40,519 nt of DNA from a virus (taxonomy: Duplodnaviria; Heunggongvirae; Uroviricota; Caudoviricetes): the IMG/VR virus record IMGVR_UViG_2872185964_000011; one strand, 5' to 3'. Of this stretch, positions 9,157 to 18,393 are shown in pieces (position 1 is the first letter of the stretch; the number at the start of each line of letters is the position of its first letter). The position numbers were made by a program, and so were the translations under genes. Below the pieces are notes generated by a model. The model did no database searches. It was not told the origin of the DNA and saw nothing but the letters and a program-made list of their open reading frames with translations.

Positions 9157-10457
9157 TCAGATGAGGTCTGCGGTTAGCGTATCGTCGGATACGTCGTCGA
9201 AATCATTTACAGGGTTGATATTGAGTGCGGGGCGTGGGTCTGACTCGGGAACGATGGTGGGTTTACCATCAGCTCGTGTTATCAGTGCCTCGACTTTTGA
9301 CCAACGGCGCGGACTGGCCTTTTTGATAAGTGTTTCGGCTTTTGTGGGGCTAATAAGTTTAAAGTCGAATACTTCTTCAGTTTTGTACCTGAACTGGTCC
9401 TTCAGAAGTGCGCGAGCTGCCTCTTCATCACTCCAGGCCCGGTTACCTTGTTTTCCTGTTACCAGTTTAAACCCCGGTACCGGATGTCCGGCATTGAGTT
9501 CATTGTGAACCCGGTCTCGTACTGCCTTTAGCCAGGATTCAATAAAGTCGGCCTGGCTATAGATCTCCGCAAGCTGCTCAATGGTTAACAGAGGTAAACG
9601 TGCGCTGGCATTGGTGATTATTTCGCTGACAGGCTTTGTCAGATCTTCAAAATCGCTGGCCGCTGTTTGTAAATGCTGCATTTTCTGGGCAGTGCAAATA
9701 GCTTTTGCTTTACAGAAGCGGCACTGTTTTTCTCCAGGTATGAAGTTTTCCAGCGGTAGTGTCTCAATGCCTTCGCATTCAGCAATATTGAGAACAAGGA
9801 TCGCACTGGTTGCGGCCTCCTGTGCCCGTTCACCGAACGCCTGGAGCTCTTCCACCGTCAGAGCCCACTCTGAAACGTGGTTAAGCCGCGGCTGGTGGAT
9901 GAACAGGCGCACCGTCTCGAAGTCGTACAGCATGCTGAATTGTTCGAGCGCACCCAGAGCATACAGTTGTAGTTGCTCATTTTGTTCTGCATCAATGCGG
10001 ACGCCTTTGCCATATTTCAGGTCGTGGATTTGTAATTCGCTACCAGCAATGATTATGCCGTCGGCAGTTCCGAAAGATTCTTCCACACCCGTTATATGTG
10101 AGAAATCAACACGTTGTTCAACCAATAGTTCATTATTCTGTGCAAGAGTCCAGACCGTATCAACATACCGGCCAACGGCTTCGACCATTTCATCATCCAC
10201 CTGTGGGCCGGATGTATCATCAGGATTTTCGCGAAGGGGTATGAGCCGAGAAACATAGAAACATTGCATCCGGCGTAGTGTTCCGGGTGGCTTTGCCTGT
10301 TTCGTAGAACTTTTTCAGCAAGCGCGTGCGCTGCAGTGCCCTCGATTGCAAAAGTTGTTTCTTTATCCGGTTGTGTGGCCTCCAGCGCCAGACTTCCTGG
10401 GCAGCGCATCCATCGATGCGCTGATGATGGAGAAAGTTGTGCGTGAACGTCTGGCAT
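9157..10457 (-). CDS. PD-(D/E)XK-type nuclease (DUF2800-like, from memory), reading frame broken near 10270-10330
   Basis: N-part [26 protein letters not shown]...[13 protein letters not shown]; C-part in the -1 frame with [12 protein letters not shown] and a [10 protein letters not shown] cysteine cluster. Confidence 0.6.
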
Positions 10458-10459
10458 GA

Positions 10460-11362
10460 TTAACCCTCCAGTGCTTTTTCAGCCAGGGTGATTACTTCAG
10501 CGAGATTTTCATCCGTTACTTCACCAAGTTTCCTGGCTCCCTGTTTTTCCAGAATTGCAATAGCTTCTGCCCGGTAACCCCCTTTTGCTAACTGGAGGAT
10601 CAACCCTTCAGCTTGTTTGCGTAGTGCCGCGAAATCAATTGTATGGTCATCTTTGGCGTCATTATTCTGGCTGGAATTTGCTGCGTCTTTGCGTGCAAAT
10701 TCTTCCTGCAGCTGAAGGTACTCAACACGGTTGATCTCGATATGGCCTTTTTTAAGCATCTCGTTCAACTTGCGTAAGGTGTGGAGTTCACTGGCTGCTG
10801 TGCCGGATACATTTTTGACGTAAAACGGCCCCGTGCGTTCTCCATCTTTGTTACTGGCCTTTTTCGGCTTAACTTCATCACGCCCATCTGCAGGTGCATC
10901 AAGTAGCTGCTCGGCAAAAGCACGTCGCTCGCCGATGGTTGGCAGGTCGTCCCAGAACTTAAGAATGTTACGGGACAGGTCCAGGAGAGCAGGTTTAAGC
11001 AGCGCCCTGGCTCGTTTGACGCCCTGTAATGCGCTGTCGAGAGCATCAATCTGAACTACTCGTTTATCGCCTTCAGCATCACGGTAGGCAACAGCACGTT
11101 GCAGCATGTCTTCTGTGATAGGGGTGGCTACCGGGTAGAAACCAGCCAGTGCGATAACGTCGCTGAACTCCAGATCATCCAGTGTCATTGCCGCTGACAT
11201 GTTTTCAGCTTCAGTTGCTGTATCCCGACATTCCTGCACTCGTGAAATCGTGTCAGGATGCATAACAATACCTGATGCCATTGTGCGGATAAGACGTTCA
11301 AGCAGCGCATTATGTTGTGCCAGAAGTTGATTATTAAGTTCGAGACTGGTTTCTAAACTCAT
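10460..11362 (-). CDS. hypothetical early protein
   Basis: 300-aa ORF in the leftward early operon; acidic, helical-looking; no family recognised. Confidence 0.55.
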   Translation of the reverse strand: MSLETSLELNNQLLAQHNALLERLIRTMASGIVMHPDTISRVQECRDTATEAENMSAAMTLDDLEFSDVIALAGFYPVATPITEDMLQRAVAYRDAEGDKRVVQIDALDSALQGVKRARALLKPALLDLSRNILKFWDDLPTIGERRAFAEQLLDAPADGRDEVKPKKASNKDGERTGPFYVKNVSGTAASELHTLRKLNEMLKKGHIEINRVEYLQLQEEFARKDAANSSQNNDAKDDHTIDFAALRKQAEGLILQLAKGGYRAEAIAILEKQGARKLGEVTDENLAEVITLAEKALEG

Positions 11363-11508
11363 ACTGTGGTCCTCGCTACAAGGAGAATGAAAGTGATGAT
11401 CAGACCGAGCGCAGTGGCAACGGCCAGACCGGTCATCAAATCGAAGTTTTTACGGCGATAACGGAGAACATCGCGCCCCGTCAGTCGATGGATGTGTTCA
11501 GGTTTCAT
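11359..11508 (-). CDS. small hypothetical protein with C-terminal transmembrane helix
   Basis: 49 aa ([49 protein letters not shown]); AAGGAA upstream; stop overlaps next gene start (ATGA). Confidence 0.3.
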   Translation of the reverse strand: MKPEHIHRLTGRDVLRYRRKNFDLMTGLAVATALGLIITFILLVARTTV

Positions 11509-11565
11509 CGGTTGTATTCCTTTTTTCATATCGGGGAGCGCGCTGTTGCGAGTGCGCTTTCAGAC

Positions 11566-11593
11566 ATAAAAAAGCCCGTCACTTGAGGCGGGC
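11566..11593 (-). terminator. rho-independent terminator candidate after the first leftward early gene
   Basis: minus-strand hairpin GCCCGCC...GACGGGC followed by UUUUUUAU. Confidence 0.45.
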
Positions 11594-11635
11594 AAAGACT
11601 ACACACAGCAATTACATGGAGGATTCAGAGGATTG

Positions 11636-11830
11636 TTATGGGTGAAGGACGACGGTATCCATTCGGTTAAAACAAGTATTGGTCGCAGAACCTGTATGTT
11701 TGTTAACTAGAGTCAGGCTAACGTTATGCTGGTCGCGATCAGTTTTTTGGGTAATCTCCATTATCCGTTTTCCACTGAATTCAATTTTGTCGCCGATAGC
11801 CAGGTCATTAACCAGTTTATATTTAGGCAT
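11636..11830 (-). CDS. hypothetical small early protein
   Basis: 64 aa from ATG at 11830 preceded by AGGAA; first gene of the leftward transcript; not arginine-rich, so not an obvious N-type antiterminator. Confidence 0.45.
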   Translation of the reverse strand: MPKYKLVNDLAIGDKIEFSGKRIMEITQKTDRDQHNVSLTLVNKHTGSATNTCFNRMDTVVLHP

Positions 11831-12116
11831 CTTGTGATTCCTCATTCAGTTCACTTTGGTGGTTCGGCGGCTTCGACTTGTATTAATTAGACAGTGCTTC
11901 GCCGCACCCCAAAGGGAACTTACTGACCTGTATTGCCGACATCCTGTCCCGCCACGGTCCCGACGCATGGTTTAGAGTCGCGCCGTTCGACTTGTGGCTA
12001 AAGATACAATTTCAGTTGTATTGTGTAAACCGCAAATGTGGTATTTTGTGGGGTGTGAATACTACTTTATTGATATTTAAGTGAATTTAATTTGTAAGAC
12101 TTTACAAATGGGGTAA

Positions 12117-12136
12117 GGGAGGCTGTTACGCCTCCC
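12117..12136. terminator. perfect 7-bp stem-loop (GGGAGGC-tgttac-GCCTCCC) 20 nt downstream of the repressor gene
   Basis: read directly; weak U-tract on either strand. Confidence 0.35.
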
Positions 12137-12155
12137 GATATTTACGGTGGGAATA

Positions 12156-12779
12156 CTAACGTTTACGGCGGTAAATACGGTGTTCGATCATTACACCTAT
12201 GATCTGTAAGTTCATATCTGCACTACGAAAAATAGGGTAATCAGGATTTAGGGGGATTAATTCAAAGTCGTCGATGCCGATTCCTAATGGACGGTATTTT
12301 TTAAATGTAGCTTCGTGACCGTCGTTTTTGGCGACAACAAACTCCCCTGGTGCAGGACATAGATCAGGATCGATGATAACAATGTCTCCTTCTTTAAACT
12401 CTGGTTGCATGCTGTCGCCATCAATACGTAATGCGAAGCATGTTTCTGGAATGTCAGAGTCTGCCAAAATATATTCAAATTCCCCTGTCAGATCTGTTAT
12501 GTCTCTTGCTTCTGTAAGCTCTCCTGCCTGAACGTAACTTAATATAGGTATGCGTCTGGTACTTATCTCTGTGAGAGGCATAATATTTTTACCGTTCAGT
12601 AGCCAGTCTGGGCTACATTTCAAGGCCTTAGCCAAATCCAGAAGATTGCGTGGCTTTCTGGTTCGTCCACTTTCGATGGATTCTATGGATTGTTGGCTAA
12701 CCCCTGCAGAATTCGCTACTTCCACTTGAGTCATTCCTAATTCCAAACGACGTGCTTTAAAACGGGCTGCGAGAGACAT
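12156..12779 (-). CDS. CI-like repressor (N-terminal HTH, C-terminal S24 LexA-type autopeptidase)
   Basis: MSLAARFKARRLELGMTQVEVANSAGVSQQSIESIE HTH; GDSMQPEFKEGDIVIID and downstream Lys (ATFKKY) as Ser/Lys dyad; AAGGA RBS; divergent from cro-like gene. Confidence 0.85.
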   Translation of the reverse strand: MSLAARFKARRLELGMTQVEVANSAGVSQQSIESIESGRTRKPRNLLDLAKALKCSPDWLLNGKNIMPLTEISTRRIPILSYVQAGELTEARDITDLTGEFEYILADSDIPETCFALRIDGDSMQPEFKEGDIVIIDPDLCPAPGEFVVAKNDGHEATFKKYRPLGIGIDDFELIPLNPDYPIFRSADMNLQIIGVMIEHRIYRRKR

Positions 12780-12804
12780 GGGATTAGTCCTTCTGGGTTG
12801 TATT

Positions 12805-12822
12805 AATGTGTATACCCACATT
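12805..12822. promoter_or_regulatory. operator candidate: 18-bp palindrome AATGTGTATACCCACATT in the cI-cro intergenic region
   Basis: perfect dyad read directly; a TTGACA hexamer lies 20 bp to the right (12843-12848). Confidence 0.45.
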
Positions 12823-12899
12823 AAAAACAATTTTTGTTGTATTTGACAAACCTCATTTGTTGTTGCTAAATACCACTAAAATTGTATGAGGTGAAAGCA

Positions 12900-13112
12900 A
12901 TGACCTTAGCGACCCGAGTAAAAGAACGACGTAAAGAACTCAAAATGACGCAAGTTACGTTGGCTGAGCTCACAGGAGTGAGCCAGCAGGCAATAAACAG
13001 AATTGAAAGTGGTGTTATTGCTCGGCCACGTTATCTTCTTGAAATGTCTATAGCATTGGATTGCGACCCTAATTGGCTGTTGTATGGCTCACAAAACGAT
13101 AAAAAGGCTTAA
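12900..13112 (+). CDS. Cro-like HTH regulator
   Basis: 70 aa MTLATRVKERRKELKMTQVTLAELTGVSQQAINRIESG; GAGGTG RBS; divergent from repressor. Confidence 0.75.
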   Translation: MTLATRVKERRKELKMTQVTLAELTGVSQQAINRIESGVIARPRYLLEMSIALDCDPNWLLYGSQNDKKA

Positions 13113-13115
13113 CCC

Positions 13116-15307
13116 ATGTCCGATAGCAAACCATGGGGAGCTACGCCTGATGAGTGGTTTCATTTCGACCTGGTATTGGGGAGAACTGATCATCTTCTGC
13201 CAGTTGTATGTAACCCCGGTGCGACCATATCCCCTGATAGTAAACTGAAAGCGCTGGGTAAGACGCCGAGTCGCTATAACCGGGACCGCCAGGTCACCGG
13301 TATTGCTCAATGGACCGGGCATGTTGTTACTGAGCATGATTTTGCCCGCTGGTCGAATGAACCGGATTATGGCATCTGCGTGCGTACAGGCCATGGCTGG
13401 CTGGCGCTGGACTGCGATAGCGAAGATGAAGACATTCAGGCAGATATTCGCAAAACACTTGTGCAACTTCTGGGTGAGTTGCCGCCGCGACGCTGGCGAG
13501 CAAACAGTAATAAGTGTCTGTATCTGCTGGCCGTTGATGGTGATTTCCGTAAGCGTATCCATCGCTTGGCGGGGATATGGGCATTATCGAGTTGCTGGCG
13601 AACGGGCAGCAGTTCGTTGCCTGTGGTACGCACAGCAGCGGCGCGCGTATTGAATGGGACGGCGGTCTGCCGGATGAACCTCCGGCTATTACTGGTGAGC
13701 AGCTTGAAACGCTGTGGCAGCGCCTGGCTGAACAACTCCCTGTGTCGGCAACCACCGAAGCGGGCAACACGAAGATGCGCGACCGTTCAGCATTCACGCC
13801 CGGCGCGACGGATGATACAGCTGAATATCTTGATGCCAATGGCTGGACGCTGCTGGATGGTGCAAACGGTGAACGATATATCCGCTGCCCGTTTGAAGAC
13901 GGCCACAGTAGCGGGGGCGATCCGACAAGCACAGTTTATTTTCCTGCGGGGACCGCGGGTTTTGAGCAGGGGCATTTTAAATGCCTGCATGCCAGTTGTG
14001 CGCATCGTGATGACGGAGATTTCCTTAATGCCATCGGGATCCGCAACGACGATTTCGAAGATCTGACCTGCACCGAAGTGGCGGAACCTTTACCGCTGCC
14101 GGCTTTCGAGCGTGATAAATGGGGGCGTATCGAGGCAACCATCAGCAACGCAGCCAAAGCAGTAGTACGCCCTGATTTTGTGGACATCGATATTCGCTTT
14201 GACCAGTTCCGCGACGAAATCATGTTTGCCCCTGCAGGATCCGGACAATGGCGGGCATTCACCGATGCGGATTATGCGCGCCTGCGCATCACGATGGAAA
14301 AGCGGGGATTTAAACCTGTTGGTCGTGAACTTATTCGCGATGTGGTGTTACTTGCAGCCGATGAACAACCATTCGATTCAGCGATCACTTGGCTGAACGG
14401 ACTGGAGTGGGATGGCGTGCCGCGCATCGAATGTTTCTACCATACGCACTTCGGTACCGCCGACACGCCTTATACCCGTGCGGTGTCTATGTACATGTGG
14501 ACCGCGTTGGCGGGGCGAGTACTGGAGCCAGGCATCAAAGCGGATATGGTGCCTATCCTCGTTGGTCCGCAGGGCTGCGGTAAGTCTTCCGGAGTGGAGG
14601 CACTGAGCCCTGATCCTGCGTTTTTTACTGAAATCTCTTTTGCCGAAAAAGACGATGATCTCGCTCGAAAAATGCGTGGTCGGCTGGTGGCAGAGATTGG
14701 TGAACTGCGCGGACTTAATACCAAAGAGCTGGAGTCAATCAAAGCGTTTGTGACGCGTACTCACGAAAACTGGATCCCGAAATACCGGGAGTTTGCCACC
14801 CAGTTTCCTCGTCGCCTGGTGTTCGTTGGTACCACCAATGAGGACGAATTCCTTGCGGACAAGACTGGTAACCGTCGCTGGCTCCCCGTGGAAGTGTCGA
14901 AAGTCGACGTGAAAGCGATAAAAAGAGATCTCCTTTTACTTTGGGCTGAGGCTCGTGAGGTGTTTCAGCGTCTGGGGGGTATCCAGTTCCGTGAGGCTGA
15001 ACAACTGGCAGCGAGTGTCCATGAACGGTACACCATCAAGGATGCTTGGCTTGAAACGGTAGAGAAATGGCTCGACACGCCCGACCTGATGACTAATGAA
15101 CTTCCGCGAAATTGCGAATTTTTACGCGCAAGTGATGTTTTGCGTGATGCGATTGGGCTAAATCCTGACCGCATCGGAAAACGCGAAGAAATGCGAATTA
15201 GTAATGTTTTGCAAAATTGCGGGTATAAGCGCGTTCAACGTCGTGTTGACGGAAAAATGACTCGAATTTTTGAGGCGGTGTCCCAACCTGTACCAGCTTC
15301 AAAATAG
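13116..15307 (+). CDS. replication initiation protein: primase-polymerase-like N-terminus plus VirE-like P-loop NTPase C-terminus; frame broken at G-run 13571-13574
   Basis: N-part with acidic LALDCDSEDED; C-part GPQGCGKSS Walker A and VFVGTTNEDEF Walker B-like; adding one G at 13571-13574 joins ...RKRIHRLAG to DMGIIELLANG... Confidence 0.75.
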
Positions 15308-15465
15308 AGGTTGGTACATTTTAACTAATTGAATTTAAAGGTCAGTACCAACTGTACCAACTGTACCAACCTAATTACTAAGAACCCCATATATATATAT
15401 ATAAGTCGCTTGGGGAAAAGGTTTGAAAAGAGCTGGTACAGGTGGGTACAGGCTGGTACAGGCCG
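15285..15465. repeat. array of eight GTAC-core repeats in two inverted tandem triplets flanking a (TA)7 tract; candidate replication origin iterons or regulator binding sites
   Basis: CTGTACCAAC-type units with GTAC cores at 15345/15354/15363, (TA)7 at 15390-15403, reverse-complement units CTGGTACAGG at 15436/15446/15456 spaced exactly 10 bp; extra copies at 15290 and 15314. Confidence 0.7.
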
Positions 15466-15590
15466 AACAAGGAATTTTTTGCACATAACAGCGTGTAATA
15501 AGCGAATCGGAACTGCGTTATCCACACCCACGGATAAACAAACGTGGTTCTCAGAAAATTTTTTCGTAGCAAAACGTAGAGGTCAGAGCT

Positions 15591-16025
15591 ATGCGTAATA
15601 TTCAACAGGTTTTAGAGCGCTGGGGTGGCTGGGCTGTCGATAGCAACACCACAGTGAGTTGGGCTCCAATAGCGGCGGGATTTAAGGGGCTGGTAGTCAG
15701 CAGCTCGCCTGGCAGGCTGAGTTGCTGCGACGATGATGGCCTGATTATCGATGCTTGCGTCTGTCGGCTGCAGCAGGTCCGTAAGCCTGAGGAACTGGAC
15801 GTCATTATGCTGTACTACGTCTACGGGTTAAGCAAACGTGAGATAGGGCGGCGGCGTCGCTGTTCTGAAGGATTTATCCGCCAGCAGTTGCAGGTAGCTG
15901 AGGGATTCATTGAGGGGTGTCTCTGCATGCTGGGTGTGAACCTTCAGATGGATCCTGAGGTCGAAATTCAAAGGGATGAAAAAAGTATTAGTGCGCTACG
16001 CAAAAACTGCGCTACGCTGGTATGA
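15591..16025 (+). CDS. late-gene antiterminator, Q-like (933W-type from memory)
   Basis: 144 aa starting MRNIQQVLERWGGWAVDSNTTVSWAPIAAGFKG with a CCDDDG motif; position directly upstream of lysis genes. Confidence 0.6.
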   Translation: MRNIQQVLERWGGWAVDSNTTVSWAPIAAGFKGLVVSSSPGRLSCCDDDGLIIDACVCRLQQVRKPEELDVIMLYYVYGLSKREIGRRRRCSEGFIRQQLQVAEGFIEGCLCMLGVNLQMDPEVEIQRDEKSISALRKNCATLV

Positions 16026-16304
16026 GTTGAATTTCTGACCTCAACGAAGAGCTCCAAATCATTGGGGCTTTTTTAATGCTCTATTCTCAGTAAAAGTTAA
16101 TAAAACAGGGTTTTCGTCGCGAAAAAACGCTATGCAGTTTTTGCCCTTTTTTATGCACCTTTTATTCACTCGAATTTCGTCATTCTGGACCACTTAAGTT
16201 GATTAAATAGGCCTTTCATCGCAAATCTATTGCGAGCGGTGATCGTGTGGTTCCTATAACGTACATTATGTTAAATAACCTTCTTTTTTAACAAATTTAA
16301 CAAG

Positions 16305-16328
16305 GTTTGCTATGGCGAACTTTTTTTT
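16305..16328 (+). terminator. rho-independent terminator candidate (tR'-like) between Q and the holin gene
   Basis: GUUUGC-UAUG-GCGAAC hairpin (one G-U pair) followed by eight U. Confidence 0.5.
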
Positions 16329-16429
16329 GTATTCAGGGCCCACCGAAGGACGGCTCATAACCCAATCCTACGGGCGTATACGCAGGGCCCGCCTTTCAAC
16401 AACACCCCGTAATGGCGGAGGTGGGAAGT

Positions 16430-16771
16430 ATGAAAATGCACAATGCTCCTCATTCCTGGCCTGACTTACTGGAACTCTTACAAAGTTGGTGGCGTGGAGA
16501 TACGCCGTTGGGCGCAGTGGTTATGTCGATTGTTATGGCTGGTTTGCGCATTGCCTATTTTGGCGGTGGCGGCGGCTGGAAACGAAAAACGCTTGAGATT
16601 TTGCTCTGCGGCGCACTGACGCTGACCTTTGCATCCGCTCTTGAGTATGTCGGATGGCCTAAATCGCTTTCTGTTGCCATTGGTGGTGGCGTGGGGCTGA
16701 TCGGTGTCGATGCTATTCGTGGGGCTGCAATGCGAGTAATCGGTAACAAATTTGGTAGCTCGAAGGAGTAA
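16430..16771 (+). CDS. S: holin, lambda S-like, with dual-start MKM motif
   Basis: GGAGGTG RBS; starts MKMHNAPHSW; hydrophobic helices and a charged C-terminus; overall resembles lambda S from memory. Confidence 0.75.
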   Translation: MKMHNAPHSWPDLLELLQSWWRGDTPLGAVVMSIVMAGLRIAYFGGGGGWKRKTLEILLCGALTLTFASALEYVGWPKSLSVAIGGGVGLIGVDAIRGAAMRVIGNKFGSSKE

Positions 16772-16774
16772 TTT

Positions 16775-17251
16775 ATGCAGGTACTAAATCCCCAGCGTAA
16801 AGCTTTCCTTGATATGGTGGCATGGTCAGAAGGAACGGATAACGGGCGACAACCGACACGTAACCACGGTTATGATGTTATTGTTGGTGGCGAACTGTTC
16901 ACTGATTACTCCGATCACCCTCGCAAACTTGTCACGCTAAACTCTAAACTCAAATCAACAGCCGCCGGACGTTACCAGATTCTTTCCCGTTGGTGGGATG
17001 CCTACCGCAAGCAGCTTGGCCTGAAAGATTTTTCGCCAGAAAGTCAGGACTCTGTGGCGCTGCAGCAGATTAAAGAGCGTGGCGCTTTACCGATGATTGA
17101 CCGCGGCGATATTCGTCAGGCAATCGACCGTTGCAGCAATATCTGGGCGTCGTTACCTGGTGCAGGTTACGGTCAGTATGAACATAAAATCGGTGACCTG
17201 ATTTCCAGGTTTAAAGATGCTGGTGGGGTGGTAAATGAAGCTGACTTATAA
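16775..17251 (+). CDS. R: endolysin, lambda R-type lytic transglycosylase
   Basis: 158 aa; QRKAFLDMVAWSEGTDNGRQPTRNHGYDVIVGGELFTDYSDHPRKLV is near-identical to lambda R as I recall it. Confidence 0.9.
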   Translation: MQVLNPQRKAFLDMVAWSEGTDNGRQPTRNHGYDVIVGGELFTDYSDHPRKLVTLNSKLKSTAAGRYQILSRWWDAYRKQLGLKDFSPESQDSVALQQIKERGALPMIDRGDIRQAIDRCSNIWASLPGAGYGQYEHKIGDLISRFKDAGGVVNEADL

Positions 17252-17759
17252 GATTGTCATCGCGGCATTTTTCTTCACTGCCTTTGGGGCGCTCGTCTGG
17301 CTTGCAAACCATTACCATAGCAAGTATCAGGCAGAAAAGTTGCGGGCTGATAAAGCGGAAGGTGAAGCTGAATATCAAGGGAAAGTGATAGCTAATCAGG
17401 CATTCAACTTCAATCGTTTTAACCAGATAGCAGAAAACGCAAGCCGATTAAATTCTCTGGTCGACATCGGTCACGAGAAGACAGTCATCAAATACCGTGA
17501 GGTTCTGCTCCGTGAAAAGAACTGTGATTTCCCTGTTCCTGCTGATATTGCTGTCGGGTTGCTCAACTACGCGAACCGTTTACGCGCCAGCTCAGTGCAC
17601 GCCGATTCCGGGTACATTGACCCAGCCGGTGATCGTGCCACTACCACCAGAACGTTGACATATTGCCAGGCTGTTCTGTGGATTAACCCATTGTTGGCAG
17701 CCATCGAGAAGGCGAATAACCAGTTGGCTGGTGTCCGACAAATAGAACAATCCCGGTAA
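17235..17759 (+). CDS. Rz: i-spanin (Rz-like)
   Basis: 174 aa; N-terminal TM helix then charged helical region; overlaps endolysin 3' end; contains the embedded Rz1-like ORF. Confidence 0.6.
   Translation: MKLTYKIVIAAFFFTAFGALVWLANHYHSKYQAEKLRADKAEGEAEYQGKVIANQAFNFNRFNQIAENASRLNSLVDIGHEKTVIKYREVLLREKNCDFPVPADIAVGLLNYANRLRASSVHADSGYIDPAGDRATTTRTLTYCQAVLWINPLLAAIEKANNQLAGVRQIEQSR
17524..17658 (+). CDS. Rz1: o-spanin lipoprotein (Rz1-like) embedded in the +1 frame of the Rz-like gene
   Basis: own translation: (M)ISLFLLILLSGCSTTRTVYAPAQCTPIPGTLTQPVIVPLPPER; lipobox LLSGC and Pro-rich mature part; GTG start assumed. Confidence 0.55.
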   Translation: MISLFLLILLSGCSTTRTVYAPAQCTPIPGTLTQPVIVPLPPER

Positions 17760-17819
17760 TAGCATTACAGAAGCTCTTCTTGGAGGGCTTCGATAATGAC
17801 CTGATAACTGGAAAATAAA

Positions 17820-18391
17820 ATGACTAAGAAGCTGAAAGCAAAACACGAGGTGTTTTGTCGCGAGTTTCTTGTCGATCTTAATGCTACACAAGCAGCTATT
17901 CGCGCAGGCTACGCCTCCAGGCGAGCACATGTTACGGGGGCTGAACTATACGGTAAACCTGAGATACGCGCCCGCATCAACGAGCTAAAGCAGGAGCGTA
18001 TTGATCAACTGGGCATTGATGCGAATTATGTGCTGATGCGACTGGTTGAGATCGACAGGCTCGATGTGGCTGACATCCTGGAGGACGATTTAAGTATTAA
18101 GCCTCTGTCTGCGTGGCCGGAATCGTGGCGTCGGTACCTGAGTGGATTTAACCTCGCTGAAATGTTTGAGGGCGAGGAGATGACAGAGAAATGGTCGGGA
18201 TCCTTAAAAAGATTAAGTGGCCTGATAAGGTTAAAAACCTTGAGTTGCTTGGGCGTCATGTTTCTGTTCAGGCGTTTAAAGACAACGTCAAAAATGAAGT
18301 GACTGGCGCTGATGGAGGACCAGTCAGAACAGAAATTACCAACTTAACGCCGGAGCAGGCTGCAGAGGCGTATAGAAAAATAATGGGCTAA
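17820..18391 (+). CDS. terminase small subunit, frame broken at A-run 18189-18191
   Basis: [31 protein letters not shown] matches small-terminase N-terminus from memory; adding one A gives ...[30 protein letters not shown]... Confidence 0.75.
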
Positions 18392-18393
18392 GT

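Noticed and set aside
13327-13932. Long antisense ORFs inside the primase gene (201 aa and 99 aa on the minus strand) and similar antisense ORFs inside polymerase, scaffold-like and tape-measure genes
   Set aside because: They lie opposite strongly supported genes, lack start-site context, and have low-complexity Ala/Arg/Ser/Pro-rich translations typical of GC-rich antisense frames.
15285-15465. Possible CRISPR array
   Set aside because: Units are only 9-10 bp, directly abutting with no spacers, and arranged as two inverted triplets; this fits iterons or operator sites, not CRISPR.
16026-16411. Toxin or virulence cargo between the Q-like gene and the lysis genes, as in Shiga-toxin phages
   Set aside because: The interval is only 386 bp with no ORF of useful length and no tRNA-like sequence; it looks like late promoter, leader and terminator only.
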